IMG/VR virus record: IMGVR_UViG_3300034101_003081
Span: 1-64,000 of that record
Reading direction: 5' to 3' (one strand)
Source: a virus
DNA: 64,000 bases
Shown here: piece after piece, positions 53,379-62,949 of the stretch
How positions within the stretch are numbered: the first letter of the stretch is position 1
Layout: each line of letters starts with the position of its first letter
Translations under genes and position numbers: made by a program
The notes under the pieces: model-generated
The model's input: the letters and a program-made list of their open reading frames with translations, nothing else
What the model was told of the DNA's origin: nothing
Database searches by the model: none

Positions 53379-56300
53379 CTATCGGGCTGAGAGTTGGGCG
53401 ATGACTTCGGCAGCCTCCGGCTGGGCTGCTGCTTCGGCGAGGATGCGGGTGTTTCTCGCGACCTCCAACTGAGCCTTGAGGCCTGGATTGTCGTTGCCAC
53501 GAAGAATCCGGAAGAACGTGTCCACGCCCGCCTTGCTGCGGACGTCCGATGACTCGATGGCTCGGCGATCGGGAGCGACCTTGTCGAGGGCGGGCTTGAG
53601 GTCTTCTTGGAGTTGGGCTTGGAGGACTTTTTTCCGCTGGGTGCCGTCTTCGTCGGTAATCAGCCCCTCCTCGACCGCCCTGTTGACGGCGTCGAGGTCT
53701 CGCTCGAACTTCTTCACGGGGCTCTCCGCTTCGCCGCCTGGGAGCATCGCCCGGCGGGCCTCGTCTTGGCCGCGAGTGAACTCCTCTTGCGAAATGAGGC
53801 CCTTGTCGAACGCTTCGCGAAGGTCGCCAAGCCGCTCGCCGAGTTGTGTCACTGGGTCAAGAGGAATGCCGAGCGACTGGAGCAGCGAATCCTTCGCCTT
53901 TTGCGACCCCTTGGCGAACTCCTCGGCGCTGATCTGTCCCTTGTTGAACGCCTCGTCGAGTTTCTTCAGCGACTCCTCGGCGGCCTGGGCCGGGCTCTTG
54001 TCGATTCCAAGCGACTGAAGCAGTTTGTCCTTGGCTTCCTTGAGCCCCTTCTGCAACTCCTCTGGCGTCAGTTCGGCGGCATTCTCTTTGATCTTCGCGA
54101 TTGCATCCTCGAAGTCCTGTGCGGGCGTTTTTGAGATTCCAAGCGAAGACAGCAAGGCGTCCTTCTGTTCTTTGACGGCCTTGTTCATCTCCTGCTCGGA
54201 GATGACTTTGTCGTTGAACGCCTTCTCAAGTTTTGCCCGAGACTCTGCGAGTTTCTGGGCGCCGCTTTTTTCGACGCCCAGATTTGCCTTCACGGCCTCA
54301 GAGTTCTTCTTGATCGCCTCTTGGTACTCCGCGAACTTTTCGGGGCCGAGTTCCTTCTGAATCTCCGTGAGAGACTTGCCAGCAACGCCGAACACGTCAT
54401 TGATGTTGTCAACGCCTGCTTTGAGTTGCTGAGCAGGGCTAGCGTCGAGGCCAGCAGCCTTGCGTCGCTCGATGTCCAGTTTTGTCCTCTCGGTCGACGC
54501 CCTGACTTCGCCGGCCGCGCGAGAGCCTTCCGAAGACATGAACGCCGTTCTGCCGTACTGGTCGACGGCGGTCGCATTTGCGAACATACCTTCCTTGTCT
54601 CTCAGCGAATCTCCGGCAGACTTGCCGAACGTCGACTCCACCATCTGCTTCTGCTCCGCGATGGTGGCAAGAGACTTCTCTTGGGGAGTGAGAGACTTGT
54701 TGTTGGCAATCTCCTTGAGTTTCTTCTCGTACTTTTGGACTGGGGACAAAAATGCGTCTTCGAGAGCCTTGCGAATATCGTTCGCAAAAGACACGTCGGC
54801 TTCGATCTTCTTGTTGTTGCGGTCGAGATTCGCCTTTGCCTGCTCTCTCGCCTGTGCTGCCGCACGAAGGGCCTTCTGTCCCTGGCCGAAGTCTCCTCTC
54901 TGGAGAGCCTCTTCGATGCGAATCAGTTCGTCTTGGTATGCCATCGCGAACTTCTCTGCCGACTGCTTGACTTCGTCAGACGTCGGAAAGAAGCGGTCTG
55001 TATTCAGGTCGCTGCCGATGTCGCTGCCCCGCATCAGGGATCGCGTTTGGGCAAATGCTTCTTCGACAGACTTCCGCATCTCTTCTGCCGATTGCTGGAA
55101 CTGCTCCGGCGAGATCACGTCCGCAAGATTCAAGTTTTCTTGCAGGCGGCCTCGTATTTCCCGCGTGCGGCGCTCAAAAGCCTCGACTGCCGTCTCAGTC
55201 CGCTTCGTGCCGTCCTCGTTGACAATGACCTTGAGTTCAAGGGTTCCGTCGGCGAGTTGCTGCTGGAGTTTGTCGAAGTCAGCCTTGGCGGCCAAGAACG
55301 ACTTGCGGCCAGCCTCGCCGAACCGCGAAGCGTTCAGCGAAAGCCCGATCATGTTTTCCCTGGCGACGCCGACTGACCTCGCAAGCGCGTCGTAGTCTTC
55401 AGTCGGCATCTCTGGCGTCTTGCCAGTGAATCCAGCCACTGCGGCCTCGGCCTGAAACTTCGCCGTTTCTTGCCCGCGACGCGACTGAACGACGTCGCCG
55501 ACAGATGCAGTCGCCGCGTTGATTTTCTCTGGTGTTTTAATTCCGCTAATGGACTTAATGATGCCGCCGATGATGCCACCGAAGAAACCCGTTACGGTTT
55601 CGGCCACCGTCTTGAACGCGCCGAAGATGGCGTCTGCAATCGCGGTGCCTACCTCGGCGAGCCCATCGAGCGTGAACAACTTTCCAATATTGTCGCCAAA
55701 ATTGGAAAAGTAGGCGTAGAGTTTGTCAAAGTTCTGAATGAGGGCGATGATCGCCACTGCGACCGCCGCGAGGCCCAGCGTGCCAATAATCCAGGCAGCA
55801 GCCATGGCGTATCCGGTAGCCGTTGCGGACACCGCGATCGCCGAGTTTCCAGTAATAACCATCGCCACTGACGTCATAAACGGCGTGAGCAGTTGGGCGA
55901 GCGTAGACGTTCCGGCGACAATCATGCTCGCCACCCACTTCGACGACATCGCGACGACGTCGATGGTGAGCATGCGGACCAACTTGATGATTCCGCCGAA
56001 GATGGTCGCGAAATTGAGGCCCGACAGGCCTGCGGCAAACTTCGCAAGTGCTGCGCCTGCTTGGATTCCAAACGACTGCATGACAGCAGACGCCACGCCG
56101 GCCGACACGACCACAGTGGCGAACGTCTTGACGATGAAAACCAGTCTGTCAAAAAGGCTTGCAGACTCTTCGATTACTGGATTGAGTTCAGAAGAGAACG
56201 CAGATGCGATTTGCTGCACATAGTCAACGCTCTTTTCGATCTCTGCGAGCGCGTCCTTGATGATTGTCCCGAGCGCCGTCCACGCGGGGGCGATTGCGGT

Positions 56301-58142
56301 CGCGTTCGCAAGCGCAGCCGCGAACGTGCCGATGACGCCGATGACTCGCAGGAGAATGTTCAAAACCCTCCCCGTGACTTCCAAGAACACCTGAATCGGC
56401 ACCGTGGCTTGTGCCATCAGCGTGCGGACAGGCCCCAAGGCGGCAACGAGACCGCCCTTGAAGTCGGCAAGAAAATTGTTGATGCCAGTCTGGAGCGGAG
56501 CAAAAGCAACCAGCATCGTCGCCGCCAGGTTGCCGCTCGCTTGCTTGAGCCTGTCAAACGAGGCATCGACTCCCTCAAACATCTTGAAGTCGATGTCCTT
56601 CGTGACAGTACCCAGTCGCCCTGCGTCTGCCGCAGCCTCCTTGAGGCCCTTCAGAGCCGGGAGGATGTTGACCGCCTGCTTGCCAAACAAGTCAAAGGCG
56701 ATCGCGGCCCGGTCGGCTGGGTCTTTAACGGCAAGCAGTTTGTCGGAGACAAGCCCAAAGACTTCCTGCGGGTTCTTGTTCCTGAGTTCGTCGATCGAGA
56801 CGCCAAGCCTGTCGAATGCAAACTTGGCCTCTTGGACAGAATCGACGTTGAGTTGTCCGATCTTGACCTTGCTGATGTTCGTAAAGAAAGTCTGCGTCGC
56901 CTTTGCGAGTTGCGACATGCTGACGCTGGCTGCGTCGGCTGCGAACGTGAGAATCTCCATCTCGCCGGTGGTTGCCCCGAAGCGATCGGCCATATTGCGG
57001 ATGGACTCAGCCTTGGCGCCAATGCCTTCGAGGGCCTTCGAGAACTCCCCCGACGCGACTCTCGCGAGATTGAATACAGCCAGCACGCGAGTGAGGTTTA
57101 TCAACATCGACGCAGATGCGTCGGCAACGCCCTTGCCTGCGGCGGAAAAAATCTTTGTCAGCACTTCTCCCGCTGACGACGAACTCCAGATGGCGTTGGA
57201 AATGAGAGAGAAAGACACAGCCCCGGCCTGCGCTGCCGCAGCCGCAGAGATGAGCGACGCTCCCATTGCGACAAACGTCTGGATGTAGCCGCGAGCCTCC
57301 TCGCTCATTCCGGCCGTGAGAGCCCTAGTGGTCGCCATAATTGCGGCGAACACGCCGACGCCAGTCGCAGCAGAGACGAGCGATGCGCCGAGTGACCCGA
57401 CGACTTTTGCTGCTGCGGCAGCGCTGCCGCCGAACGCAGCAGTTACTGCCGCCGTTCCGCCGATAGTCTCGATGATTACCCTGCCGGTTGCGACCGTTGC
57501 GGAGAACGCCGCGTACGCTGAATTGGCCCGCCCCGCAGCGACGACAATGCCCTCGATCGAGTCGCCTGCTCCGCTCAGGACGCCTTCAACTGACTTGATG
57601 GCGTTTCCTGTGGCCGTGAACGCGCCGGCGGTTCCGCTCAGGACGCCTTTTGTGTTCGACAGCAGACTTGCGGTTGCCGAGCCACGAGCGAGGAAAATCT
57701 CGTTCTTCTTGACGGCAGAGTCCAGAGACTTGCCCCACTCGCCAAGACCGCCGGCGGCTTTCGCGGATGCGTTTCTGAGAGACTCACCCCAGTCGCTCAG
57801 CGACCCGGCAGCATCTTTTGCCGACTCTCCAAACGTCTTTAGGACGTCCTTGATGCCGGACAGTTTTTTTTCAGTGTCCTCGCTGTCGGCTTCTATCTTG
57901 ACTTTATTCTTCTTGGCCGTTTCCGAGAGGGTCTCGACGTCCTTCGCAGCCTTTGCGACTTCGCTGGTGTCCGCCGTGGCGGTCACCTTAATCTTCCTGT
58001 CAGCGACGCCTTCAAGTTTCTCTGCGAGTTCACTGGCAGACTCCGAGAGATCGTCGAAAAGATCAACGACTTCCTCGATGCCGCTTTCGAGGCCCTTCAG
58101 GTCTGCCGTAAACGCAACAGACAAACTCCCAATCGTTGCCAT
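53379..58142 (-). CDS. Tail tape measure protein
   Basis: 1587 aa, Ala-rich helical; MATIGSLSVAFTAD start; central hydrophobic segments; follows the chaperones. Confidence 0.92.
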   Translation of the reverse strand: MATIGSLSVAFTADLKGLESGIEEVVDLFDDLSESASELAEKLEGVADRKIKVTATADTSEVAKAAKDVETLSETAKKNKVKIEADSEDTEKKLSGIKDVLKTFGESAKDAAGSLSDWGESLRNASAKAAGGLGEWGKSLDSAVKKNEIFLARGSATASLLSNTKGVLSGTAGAFTATGNAIKSVEGVLSGAGDSIEGIVVAAGRANSAYAAFSATVATGRVIIETIGGTAAVTAAFGGSAAAAAKVVGSLGASLVSAATGVGVFAAIMATTRALTAGMSEEARGYIQTFVAMGASLISAAAAAQAGAVSFSLISNAIWSSSSAGEVLTKIFSAAGKGVADASASMLINLTRVLAVFNLARVASGEFSKALEGIGAKAESIRNMADRFGATTGEMEILTFAADAASVSMSQLAKATQTFFTNISKVKIGQLNVDSVQEAKFAFDRLGVSIDELRNKNPQEVFGLVSDKLLAVKDPADRAAIAFDLFGKQAVNILPALKGLKEAAADAGRLGTVTKDIDFKMFEGVDASFDRLKQASGNLAATMLVAFAPLQTGINNFLADFKGGLVAALGPVRTLMAQATVPIQVFLEVTGRVLNILLRVIGVIGTFAAALANATAIAPAWTALGTIIKDALAEIEKSVDYVQQIASAFSSELNPVIEESASLFDRLVFIVKTFATVVVSAGVASAVMQSFGIQAGAALAKFAAGLSGLNFATIFGGIIKLVRMLTIDVVAMSSKWVASMIVAGTSTLAQLLTPFMTSVAMVITGNSAIAVSATATGYAMAAAWIIGTLGLAAVAVAIIALIQNFDKLYAYFSNFGDNIGKLFTLDGLAEVGTAIADAIFGAFKTVAETVTGFFGGIIGGIIKSISGIKTPEKINAATASVGDVVQSRRGQETAKFQAEAAVAGFTGKTPEMPTEDYDALARSVGVARENMIGLSLNASRFGEAGRKSFLAAKADFDKLQQQLADGTLELKVIVNEDGTKRTETAVEAFERRTREIRGRLQENLNLADVISPEQFQQSAEEMRKSVEEAFAQTRSLMRGSDIGSDLNTDRFFPTSDEVKQSAEKFAMAYQDELIRIEEALQRGDFGQGQKALRAAAQAREQAKANLDRNNKKIEADVSFANDIRKALEDAFLSPVQKYEKKLKEIANNKSLTPQEKSLATIAEQKQMVESTFGKSAGDSLRDKEGMFANATAVDQYGRTAFMSSEGSRAAGEVRASTERTKLDIERRKAAGLDASPAQQLKAGVDNINDVFGVAGKSLTEIQKELGPEKFAEYQEAIKKNSEAVKANLGVEKSGAQKLAESRAKLEKAFNDKVISEQEMNKAVKEQKDALLSSLGISKTPAQDFEDAIAKIKENAAELTPEELQKGLKEAKDKLLQSLGIDKSPAQAAEESLKKLDEAFNKGQISAEEFAKGSQKAKDSLLQSLGIPLDPVTQLGERLGDLREAFDKGLISQEEFTRGQDEARRAMLPGGEAESPVKKFERDLDAVNRAVEEGLITDEDGTQRKKVLQAQLQEDLKPALDKVAPDRRAIESSDVRSKAGVDTFFRILRGNDNPGLKAQLEVARNTRILAEAAAQPEAAEVIAQLSAR

Positions 58143-58145
58143 GCG

Positions 58146-58466
58146 TCAACCTCCGGGCCTGTTGGAGTTGGCAGCAGCCAACTTCCACAGTTCGGCGAGC
58201 ATCTCTTCCTTGGTCTGCTGACGCTTGCGGTGGCTGGGCATGAGCATCTCTTCTTCCAGACGCTTGCAGCCCCACGCCGTGCATAGAGCCGTGGCGAGAC
58301 GAGCGGTCTGACGCCACTCGTCTCCCCACGGTTCAATAGACCAGAAGGACTCCCACTCTGCGAGTTCCGCAGCGTCCACCGACGCGAGAAGTTCGGCGTG
58401 AGACCGTCCGAGCGCGAGCGCGAGTCGGAACTCGAAGAGCCGGCGGGGACGGTCTAGGAGTTTTTT
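58146..58466 (-). CDS. Tail assembly chaperone, frameshift extension (gpGT-like)
   Basis: Open -1 frame from the slippery site: LLDRP...LALALG...ELAEW..F..IEPWG. Confidence 0.8.
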   Translation of the reverse strand, partial: KKLLDRPRRLFEFRLALALGRSHAELLASVDAAELAEWESFWSIEPWGDEWRQTARLATALCTAWGCKRLEEEMLMPSHRKRQQTKEEMLAELWKLAAANSNRPGG

Positions 58467-58798
58467 GCGAGGTCGTCCACGTCCTCTTTCGAGAACCTGT
58501 TCAACTTCATGCACTCAGCGAAGAGACGGTCAAGAACCGCAGCGGACTTCTCGCCCAACTGGGGAATCTCGGTCTCGGTGAAGAGCCGCTCCCCCTTCTC
58601 GTCGCACAGGCACTTGGCGACCAACTTCGCCCGCACCATATCGACGCTCTTGTTACCGTTGACGAACTCGGACTCGAAGCGATCTCGCTCAGTGCCCGTC
58701 ATCACCCGGAGTTTGACCGCGCCGCCCCACTCGGGGACGTCGTGATCGACCATCTTCTTATCGTCCGCAGCGATGATCGCCGCCTTGCTCAGAGCCAT
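58454..58798 (-). CDS. Tail assembly chaperone (gpG-like)
   Basis: VPEWGG.V..R.MTG.ERD.FE, LCDE.G.RLF; ends AKNS. Confidence 0.85.
   Translation of the reverse strand: MALSKAAIIAADDKKMVDHDVPEWGGAVKLRVMTGTERDRFESEFVNGNKSVDMVRAKLVAKCLCDEKGERLFTETEIPQLGEKSAAVLDRLFAECMKLNRFSKEDVDDLAKNS
58460..58466 (-). other. -1 programmed ribosomal frameshift site A AAA AAC
   Basis: GCA AAA AAC TCC TAG, X XXY YYZ heptamer before the stop. Confidence 0.85.
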
Positions 58799-58834
58799 TT
58801 ACTTACCTCATCTTCCTGTTGAAAACGACGGGCA

Positions 58835-59263
58835 TTATCTGCCCGTGACACGAAACGTAGCCGAACCCTTCACGTACTCCCCGGTGGTCGCACCTAACTG
58901 CATCTGAGTTAGGATTGCCGTTTTCTGAATAGAAAGACCTACTCCTTGCCCAAGTTCATTCGACGGAAACCGAAGCCAAAAAGCCCGCTTGGACCCCACG
59001 ACGTCGAAGTAATGCGTCGCCGTGAGGTTCGGTGATGCGTAGAACTCGATCGAAAAGTCGCTTCCATATCTCGCCGACACCGACGTGTCGTAGTCGGGCA
59101 CGATCATCTTGCGGTCACTGTTCGACGGATCGCTGACAACCTCGGAAGACATCGACGTGATGTCGATTTCACTTCCGGCGTTGGCAGAAACTTGCAGCGA
59201 TGCAATCTGAAAAGTGAACGTGCCCCACGTAAACGTGGCGCCCTGCGGTGATATGTACGGCAT
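58835..59263 (-). CDS. Tail tube-like protein, paralog 2
   Basis: MPY.S.QG.TFT, EIDITS and GE.VKGSATFRVT motifs. Confidence 0.65.
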   Translation of the reverse strand: MPYISPQGATFTWGTFTFQIASLQVSANAGSEIDITSMSSEVVSDPSNSDRKMIVPDYDTSVSARYGSDFSIEFYASPNLTATHYFDVVGSKRAFWLRFPSNELGQGVGLSIQKTAILTQMQLGATTGEYVKGSATFRVTGR

Positions 59264-59266
59264 TCA

Positions 59267-59638
59267 TCAAGTCAGCGTGATTCGCAACGTCGCCGAGCCC
59301 TTGATCAGTTCGCCGGCCGCGGCCTGCAACTGAGACGAGGTGCAAAGGGCGATCGTCGGGAGAGACGAGATCAGGGCCGAGTTCGAGCCAGTGCCGTCCA
59401 TCGACCACGCCAGGATGCCCGTCGCGGTCATCTGCGGGAAGTCCATGCCGTAGAACTCGATCGACAGTTCATCGCCGTCGCGGACGGGCGCGGGGCGATA
59501 CGAACGGTACGCGCCGTGCGCTGTCTTCAGGTCAGTCACGTCAACTTCGGCGACCTTCTTGCTGAACGAGATGCTGGTGAGCAGGAACGTCTTGCCGCTG
59601 AACGTGAACGACAAGCCCTGAGCGGATTCGTAAGGCAT
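59267..59638 (-). CDS. Tail tube-like protein, paralog 1
   Basis: MPYESAQG.SFT, EVDVTD and GELIKGSATLRIT motifs; follows the terminator. Confidence 0.65.
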   Translation of the reverse strand: MPYESAQGLSFTFSGKTFLLTSISFSKKVAEVDVTDLKTAHGAYRSYRPAPVRDGDELSIEFYGMDFPQMTATGILAWSMDGTGSNSALISSLPTIALCTSSQLQAAAGELIKGSATLRITLT

Positions 59639-59641
59639 TTT

Positions 59642-60049
59642 TTACGTCCCTCCTTGGACGCTTTCGTAGAACCGAACTTCGTACACCTGATCGACACGGT
59701 ACAGTGGCTTCGCCTGGCCCTCGGCTGGACGTTCCATGTTGTCCGCCTCGGATACGAGCGAGGTAAATACAATTGTCAGGCCAGAGTAGTTACCCGTAAA
59801 GTTGTCAATTTTGAGGCGAACCGACTCTGCGATGTCCTTCGCTTCGCTGTAAGTCTCGGCTACGACGGAGACGGAGAACGTGGCAATCGGCCTGCCGACG
59901 TTGCCGATCATGTCCCTCTCTCGGCGAGTGCCCGTCCGCCGGTAGACGACGAGCGGAAAGGGGGCATTTTGCGGGGCGAGAATGGGATGGATTCCGGCCG
60001 TCGTCGCCTCGTCCAACTTGGATCGGAGCCACTTTTCAGGATAAGCCAC
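59642..60049 (-). CDS. Tail terminator/completion protein (DUF3168-like)
   Basis: P..APQ.A.FP.VVY.R...Y.EAK.IA..VR motif; synteny. Confidence 0.75.
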   Translation of the reverse strand: MAYPEKWLRSKLDEATTAGIHPILAPQNAPFPLVVYRRTGTRRERDMIGNVGRPIATFSVSVVAETYSEAKDIAESVRLKIDNFTGNYSGLTIVFTSLVSEADNMERPAEGQAKPLYRVDQVYEVRFYESVQGGT

Positions 60050-60449
60050 GGCTCAACTCCTCGGCGAAACGCGACTCCATGAACACCGACCCTTCTGAGG
60101 CGTAGGCGTCAAATGTCTCTTGAAGAACAGATTCGAGTTCTGAAGACTTGACCCAGTTTCGTGCCAAGACGGACTTGCCTCGCCGCTTTGGTTTGGTGAC
60201 GCTGTCCAGGCTGGAGTTCCCGGCGGTCTCTACTCCAGGCTCGTACCCGACTTCGCCTTGCTCGTTGTCTGCCGAGTAGATCACCGAGTCTCTCAGGCGC
60301 CCGCTGTACCCCTTTGGGGTCGCTGCCCGGAGCCTTGCCGAGAACTGCTGGGCGACGTCATCGAAGACAGACTTGCGGTCTATGGACGTCGGGACATTGC
60401 GGATGGACTCCAGAAGTTCGTCCAGGCCTTTTAGTTCGACCGTGATCAC
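60036..60449 (-). CDS. HK97 gp10-like neck protein
   Basis: ELKGLDEL...P...SGRLRDS; synteny. Confidence 0.6.
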   Translation of the reverse strand: MITVELKGLDELLESIRNVPTSIDRKSVFDDVAQQFSARLRAATPKGYSGRLRDSVIYSADNEQGEVGYEPGVETAGNSSLDSVTKPKRRGKSVLARNWVKSSELESVLQETFDAYASEGSVFMESRFAEELSRGLS

Positions 60450-60781
60450 GAGACTTGCTCCCTACAGACAAGTCTCTGGCCTTCCCGGTTGGCGTCCTCG
60501 GTAATCTGGGTCACGTCCAGGGTCCTGGCGGGAGCCCGGCTGTTCCAGACAAGCCGCATGCCAGCCTTGAGGCCGGGCACGTACCGAAACTCGACCTCGT
60601 ACGTGGCGACGGTATAGGGCTGCTGGGCGCTCATAACTTCGTCGACTCGCAGGCTGCGAATCGCGGCCCTGCGGGTCGCAAAGTCCGCCCAAGACAGAGT
60701 GGCTTCGCCGTAGTCGTTGGTCTGCTCGGTCGAAACCTGAACCGTGACAGACTCGCGAAGATCGCCAGCACGAATAGGCAT
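60446..60781 (-). CDS. Head closure (stopper) protein
   Basis: AGDLR..VT.Q...DYGE...W, RY.PG...MR motifs. Confidence 0.8.
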   Translation of the reverse strand: MPIRAGDLRESVTVQVSTEQTNDYGEATLSWADFATRRAAIRSLRVDEVMSAQQPYTVATYEVEFRYVPGLKAGMRLVWNSRAPARTLDVTQITEDANREGQRLVCREQVS

Positions 60782-60782
60782 G

Positions 60783-61409
60783 TCAGCGGTACTGCCCCCA
60801 GTTAATCGCGCCAAGCAGCACCTCGACGGCCATGGGGACTGGGTTCATGCCGCCCTGGACGACGGCCTCCCTGTTTGCGTACCACGAGGCCACGAGCATG
60901 AGAACGCAGTGGCGAGCAGGCGTGGGCACGTCCGTCGAAGACGGGCCGTAGCCGGCCCAGTACGTGATCGTCACGTCGTTCTCGGCCCCTCGGGACGAAG
61001 GCCAGGAGCCGTTCCACTGGGGCCGAATCACGGCCGGCGTGGCGTCGCCGTCGATGCGAAAGTTGGTGAACGATACTGGCAAATAGACGGCGTCCGAAGG
61101 AACGTACGAGACCGTCACGTCGCCAGGAGCGAACGGCGGCCTGGGGAGTTCAATGTCCCATGACGGGAACACGTCCATCTTCATCTGCCACTGCGACCGA
61201 ATGAGAGTCCGGTCGCTCACGGTCTCGACGTGGATGCGGGCTGCCGAGATCAGCGACTGCAAATAGATGTCGTCGTCTGTGAAGCCAGAGTCGATGCGGA
61301 GATGAGCCTTCGCCTCTGCAATAGAGACCGGCTCCACCGTCGGTCCAGTAATTCGCCGAAGAGACCGATACCGGAGATTGCCTCGCTGGACGACCTCGTA
61401 GTACTTCAT
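60783..61409 (-). CDS. Head-tail connector (adaptor) protein
   Basis: EPVS.AEAKAHLRID, LI.AAR..VE, AGYG...VP and WY.NRE motifs. Confidence 0.88.
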   Translation of the reverse strand: MKYYEVVQRGNLRYRSLRRITGPTVEPVSIAEAKAHLRIDSGFTDDDIYLQSLISAARIHVETVSDRTLIRSQWQMKMDVFPSWDIELPRPPFAPGDVTVSYVPSDAVYLPVSFTNFRIDGDATPAVIRPQWNGSWPSSRGAENDVTITYWAGYGPSSTDVPTPARHCVLMLVASWYANREAVVQGGMNPVPMAVEVLLGAINWGQYR

Positions 61410-61615
61410 GGATGCCTTCTAGGCTTGCGGCCGACGACAGCCCGCTCGACAGCCTCGGCCGTCTGGTCGACAGCCTGCTCGACGTCGATGGACCGAGACT
61501 CGGCGAACTCCTCGGCAATCCCGTTAAGAAGCCAATTGCGAGCCGTTGGCTCGAAGACTTCTGCGACTTCGCCCCGCTTGTGGTACGACCAATCTCTCAG
61601 GAGTCGAACTCTCAT
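61406..61615 (-). CDS. Small head-associated hypothetical protein
   Basis: MRVRLL...GEV.EV....A..WL..GIAE. Confidence 0.6.
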   Translation of the reverse strand: MRVRLLRDWSYHKRGEVAEVFEPTARNWLLNGIAEEFAESRSIDVEQAVDQTAEAVERAVVGRKPRRHP

Positions 61616-61617
61616 CG

Positions 61618-62403
61618 CTATCTAGCCTCACACTTCGCTGCATGTTCAGGAGAACCCCACGCCTCCGGTGGTCGCCGCCCGCCTGCCTGCCAGTAGTGAT
61701 TCGGATACTGATGGACTGCCTTGAGTTGCTGGTCAGGCCAGGTAATCACCAGTTCTGCGTGGCCGATCGAGACTTGCGGACAGATCGCCAGCGTGTTGCC
61801 GCACTCCCGCCACTTGCGCCACATGTAGATGTCTGGATCGACTCTCGCGGTCTTGCCGTCGCCAGGCTCGACGTCCGCCCAGTCTCCGTCGGAGTTTGGC
61901 ACGCCCAGGAACCACGGCTTCGGCATGCGGCGAAGGGCAGACGTCCGCAAGACCGTCAGGCCAAAGTGGGCCGAGTCCACAGGCTGAACTGGCTTCTCCC
62001 ACCACTCCAGCGGCAGCGTCACGACGCGATCGTGGTCACCCGACAGCCCCTTCGGCGTGAACATCAACTTCTGATCGTCTCGCTTCGTCTGAAGCGGCGC
62101 GACGGCGTCGTAGCCGGAGATAAGACACGCCGACACGAGCCGCGAGATGCACTCGGGCTCGTACACGCTGTCGTAGTCCATCGTGATAATGAAGTCGTAT
62201 CCGGACTCTTCACGGCTCAAGTCCGTGAGAATCCGAGACATGACCTGATCCCAGAAGGCCCCGGTCCCCTTTGTGAGGGGGATGCCAAACTGAGAGAACG
62301 CCTGAATAGAGCAATAGTAGTTGTCCATAAAGCCTAATCGCGGGACCGAGATGGCGCCCGCGATCTTGACTTCATGCTCAACATTACCGACGACGATTCG
62401 CAT
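61618..62403 (-). CDS. GT-A fold glycosyltransferase within the head module
   Basis: TMDYD (DxD), HFGLTVL, M.KPWF, PDIYMW..W...G and V.IGH motifs. Confidence 0.75.
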   Translation of the reverse strand: MRIVVGNVEHEVKIAGAISVPRLGFMDNYYCSIQAFSQFGIPLTKGTGAFWDQVMSRILTDLSREESGYDFIITMDYDSVYEPECISRLVSACLISGYDAVAPLQTKRDDQKLMFTPKGLSGDHDRVVTLPLEWWEKPVQPVDSAHFGLTVLRTSALRRMPKPWFLGVPNSDGDWADVEPGDGKTARVDPDIYMWRKWRECGNTLAICPQVSIGHAELVITWPDQQLKAVHQYPNHYWQAGGRRPPEAWGSPEHAAKCEAR

Positions 62404-62435
62404 TTATCCCAAGCCTCTTGATGGAGTACACGAAG

Positions 62436-62487
62436 AGGCGGCTTGGGCATCCGTGCCCAGTCAAAACCATCCGTGGTTGAGCCGCCT
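62436..62487 (-). promoter_or_regulatory. Three-way-junction RNA with two CACGGAUG hairpins (CsrA/RsmA-type)
   Basis: Outer stem AGGCGGCT/AGCCGCCT; inner hairpins AACCA-CGGA-TGGTT and TGGGCA-CGGA-TGCCCA on the mRNA strand. Confidence 0.65.
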
Positions 62488-62514
62488 GTTTTTGGCTCCC
62501 CCCCGAAACTTGTT

Positions 62515-62949
62515 TCAACCGCTCACGAAAGCGTCGACACCGGCAGCGTTCTTCTCGACGGGCATGTCCTCGATCTTCGAGAGACGAGCCACCGTCGCGA
62601 CCGCGGCGGGATTGCCCGGCGTGGTCACGACCGTGAGATACCGCTTCTTGCCGCGGCAGTCGATGTTGAACCGGGCCAGAGCCCCGGTCACGCCGACGCC
62701 GGTCGTCCGACCAGCACCGGCCACTACCGAGAGACCAGAGACGTCAACCTGGCCGCTGCCAGCCGTGTCGCTCTGCTGCACCTTCAGCACCGTGGCGTAC
62801 GAGGTCGTCGCGGCGGTGAAGTGGCTGTACACCACGTCGACCGACACGTAGTCGGCACCGTAGGTGTCGATCTCGGCGCTGTGCGTCGCGCCGGCGGCCA
62901 CACTCGGCGAAATCCTCGCAACGGTCTTCGTTCCTTCGAGATGATTCAC
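62515..62949 (-). CDS. Capsid decoration/cement-like protein
   Basis: Directly after the capsid gene; beta-rich; EIDT.G..Y, L.VQ.SD and KRYL.V motifs. Confidence 0.6.
   Translation of the reverse strand: MNHLEGTKTVARISPSVAAGATHSAEIDTYGADYVSVDVVYSHFTAATTSYATVLKVQQSDTAGSGQVDVSGLSVVAGAGRTTGVGVTGALARFNIDCRGKKRYLTVVTTPGNPAAVATVARLSKIEDMPVEKNAAGVDAFVSG

Noticed and set aside
19532-57288. Long + strand ORFs (e.g. 19532-20827, 21743-23008, 36408-37466, 55893-57176)
   Set aside because: Antisense shadows of well-supported minus-strand genes, expected at high GC; no motifs or RBS.
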